DNA from: Octopus bimaculoides
Lineage: Eukaryota
DNA length: 52,710 nucleotides
Assembly: GCF_001194135.2 (NCBI RefSeq)
Contig: NC_068987.1
Location: 65,944,278 to 65,996,987 of the forward strand
Direction: 5' to 3'
How positions within the stretch are numbered: position 1 is the stretch's first letter; each line of letters starts with the position of its first letter. Shown here piece after piece: positions 50,725-52,710 of this stretch. Below the pieces are notes generated by a model, which was not told the origin of the DNA, searched no databases, and worked only from the letters and a program-made list of their open reading frames with translations. The position numbers and the translations under genes are program-made.

Positions 50725-51040
50725 TGAAGGCGAGTGACCTAGTGGTCAGGGTGTTGCACTCTCGATCGACAAGTCATGAGTTCGATTCCAGTACTGGGCA
50801 AAATACACCATTTCATGTGGCTCTAGTGTTGTGTGTGGACCGGCATGCCTGAGAAGAGTACCAACGCTGTTCTACCTTTCGTTAAGGGCGACTAAAAGTG
50901 GTTGACGTAAGATTTTCACTCCGACCTCGTAAAACCTTCTGCAGCAACGGCTACTCCAGCAGACTGATAGGTTGAAAGGTCGTCGCCAGAGTGGTGCCAA
51001 GTCGTCATTGGCAAGCAAGGTGGAGTTTCCAAGAAATGGT
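50725..51040 (+). mobile_element. tRNA-headed SINE-like element
   Basis: TGAAGGCGAGTGACCTAGTGGTCAGGGTG (A box)..GAGTTCGATTCC (B box); head resembles the 7133 and 45980 copies; body differs. Confidence 0.6.
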
Positions 51041-51076
51041 GACTGCAGCAACGTACTGTTACAGCACATTCCCCCA

Positions 51077-51077
<1 letters not shown>

Positions 51078-51161
<84 letters not shown>

Positions 51162-51162
51162 A
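51078..51162. repeat. (ACT)n(AAT)n microsatellite
   Basis: Direct reading. Confidence 0.97.
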
Positions 51163-51399
51163 CAACAAACGTGTTTGCTGTGTAATTCCCCTTATATGTA
51201 TACTTGTTCTTAAGCGTTCATTTCGAAACTAATATCTCTTTATTACATATCGTGTTTCATACCCTTTATATCAAGGGAATTATGATCCACAGGTTAGTAG
51301 CTAATCTGATTTTTATCATTATGCTGAGATTTAAAACCAATTCTTATTTTCACAATTATTTCTTGTTGTTATTCCATCTGGCTTTGTGATATCTAATTA

Positions 51400-51780
51400 T
51401 CTACAGCATTCTAAATTCTCCTGTTTTAAAATTTTATGTAATAATTGCATCCAATTTCTTAATGTCATTCTATTCCACATTTCTTAATCCAAAATTGCAT
51501 TCACATCTCTTACGGAACTTATGAATATTCATATCCGAAGCTTTTAGTTTATCTTCTGGGTTTCTGTACAGCTTAAAGTCAATCCATAAAGAAGTGATGT
51601 ACTTTGTGCTAGCTGTCTTTAATAATATGCCTATCATTTATCATACTTAGCAGCTATGTTAAAAATATCGTGCATATCGCACGATGCAAACGTGACAAGC
51701 TTTCAACGTCAAATGTTTCGTTGTTGATCTCAGCATTTCCCACCTCATTTCCATACCATATTAATTTTGTTTCCCATTTC
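51400..51780 (-). mobile_element. Possible decayed RTE-type LINE 3' fragment
   Basis: Weak motifs LYGLTL and DKLKASDMN resemble RTE LYG.ETW and KL.A.EM. Confidence 0.3.
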
Positions 51781-52532
51781 GACCAAATTTAAATTATTCT
51801 CTTTTATCTCAACCGTCATTCTAATCTTTAGTAACGGCGAATCAAGTTAAAAGACAGTTTGACATTTCTATTTCACTTTCCACAACAGGAATTGGTCTTA
51901 GCTTTCTTTTTCAACATCTTTTATCCATTCGTTAGCAACTAACACAGAAAGGGAAACTAACTTTAGGAAAATGATTCGTTTTCGATTCATAAATAAAAGA
52001 AAAAGAATATGATCGTATTCTTAATTTATTGAAATTATCCCTTTTTTTGTGAGTGGCTAACGAATGTCGCTAGCTGTTTCACTTTCTCCTATTAAGAAGA
52101 AAATTTGAGTTTATTAACAATCGGTTGGGTACATGATTTCTTTCAATTCATACCATTATCTTATTGTTTTCTCTTGCCTAAAATGTGTCATTATTTCCTA
52201 TTAAAACTGGCAATAACTTCTAGACTGAGAGTTAACTCATAATCTATCGAAAATTGTCAAATGATTTAGATATATTTCGGTTCTAAATTTATTTTAGTTT
52301 GTGCTGAACAAGCCTGGAAAAGATTCTTTGCTACAGGGGCTATCATGTAACTTACCTGGTATTGTTGTTGTTGTTGTTGTTTAGACCACTAAAATATGAC
52401 TGAGAGTCACAGCAGCTCTATCTGTGACCATGGTATTTTTTCATCCGACACTATATATTGGCCAAAATTATTTTATATACATATTTTTTCGGTTTGAGGG
52501 TATTAGTTATTAGGTTATTATTTCAAGAAGGA

Positions 52533-52688
52533 CAGGTGTGGCAGTGTGCTAAGAAGCTTGCTTCCTAACCACATAATTCCAGGTTCAGTCCCACCGAGTG
52601 ACACCTTAAGCAAGTAACTTCTACTATAGCCTCGGGCCGAATAAATCTTTTGGGGATTTGGTAGACGAAATTGAAAGGAGCCCGTTAT
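52533..52688 (+). mobile_element. 5' half of the abundant tRNA-headed SINE
   Basis: GTGTGGCAGTGTGCTAAGAAGCTTGCTTCC..GGTTCAGTCCCAC..ACTTCTACTATAGCCTCGGGCCGA..TGAAAGGAGCCCGT. Confidence 0.9.
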
Positions 52689-52710
52689 ACGCACACAAGC
52701 AAACGCACGC

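Overview
AT-rich, repeat-dense eukaryotic draft-assembly DNA with about 13 N-gaps, almost all flanked by microsatellites. No host protein-coding gene, tRNA, rRNA or CRISPR array can be supported. The repeat families and microsatellite load resemble an octopus (coleoid cephalopod) genome; this is an inference from pattern recognition, not a database result. The window is a transposon graveyard: two R4/Dong-type (restriction-like endonuclease) non-LTR retrotransposon remnants; a Penelope-like element with a decayed GIY-YIG domain, an in-frame triplet-repeat expansion and a decayed hammerhead ribozyme; three mariner remnants, one Tc1, one maT (DD37D-like) and one probable hAT remnant; about 20 tRNA-headed SINE copies that mix modules and form nested or inverted arrangements; and many simple repeats. 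A few low-confidence exon candidates are flagged. All translations and alignments were done by eye, so element boundaries are approximate unless a target-site duplication (TSD) is quoted.
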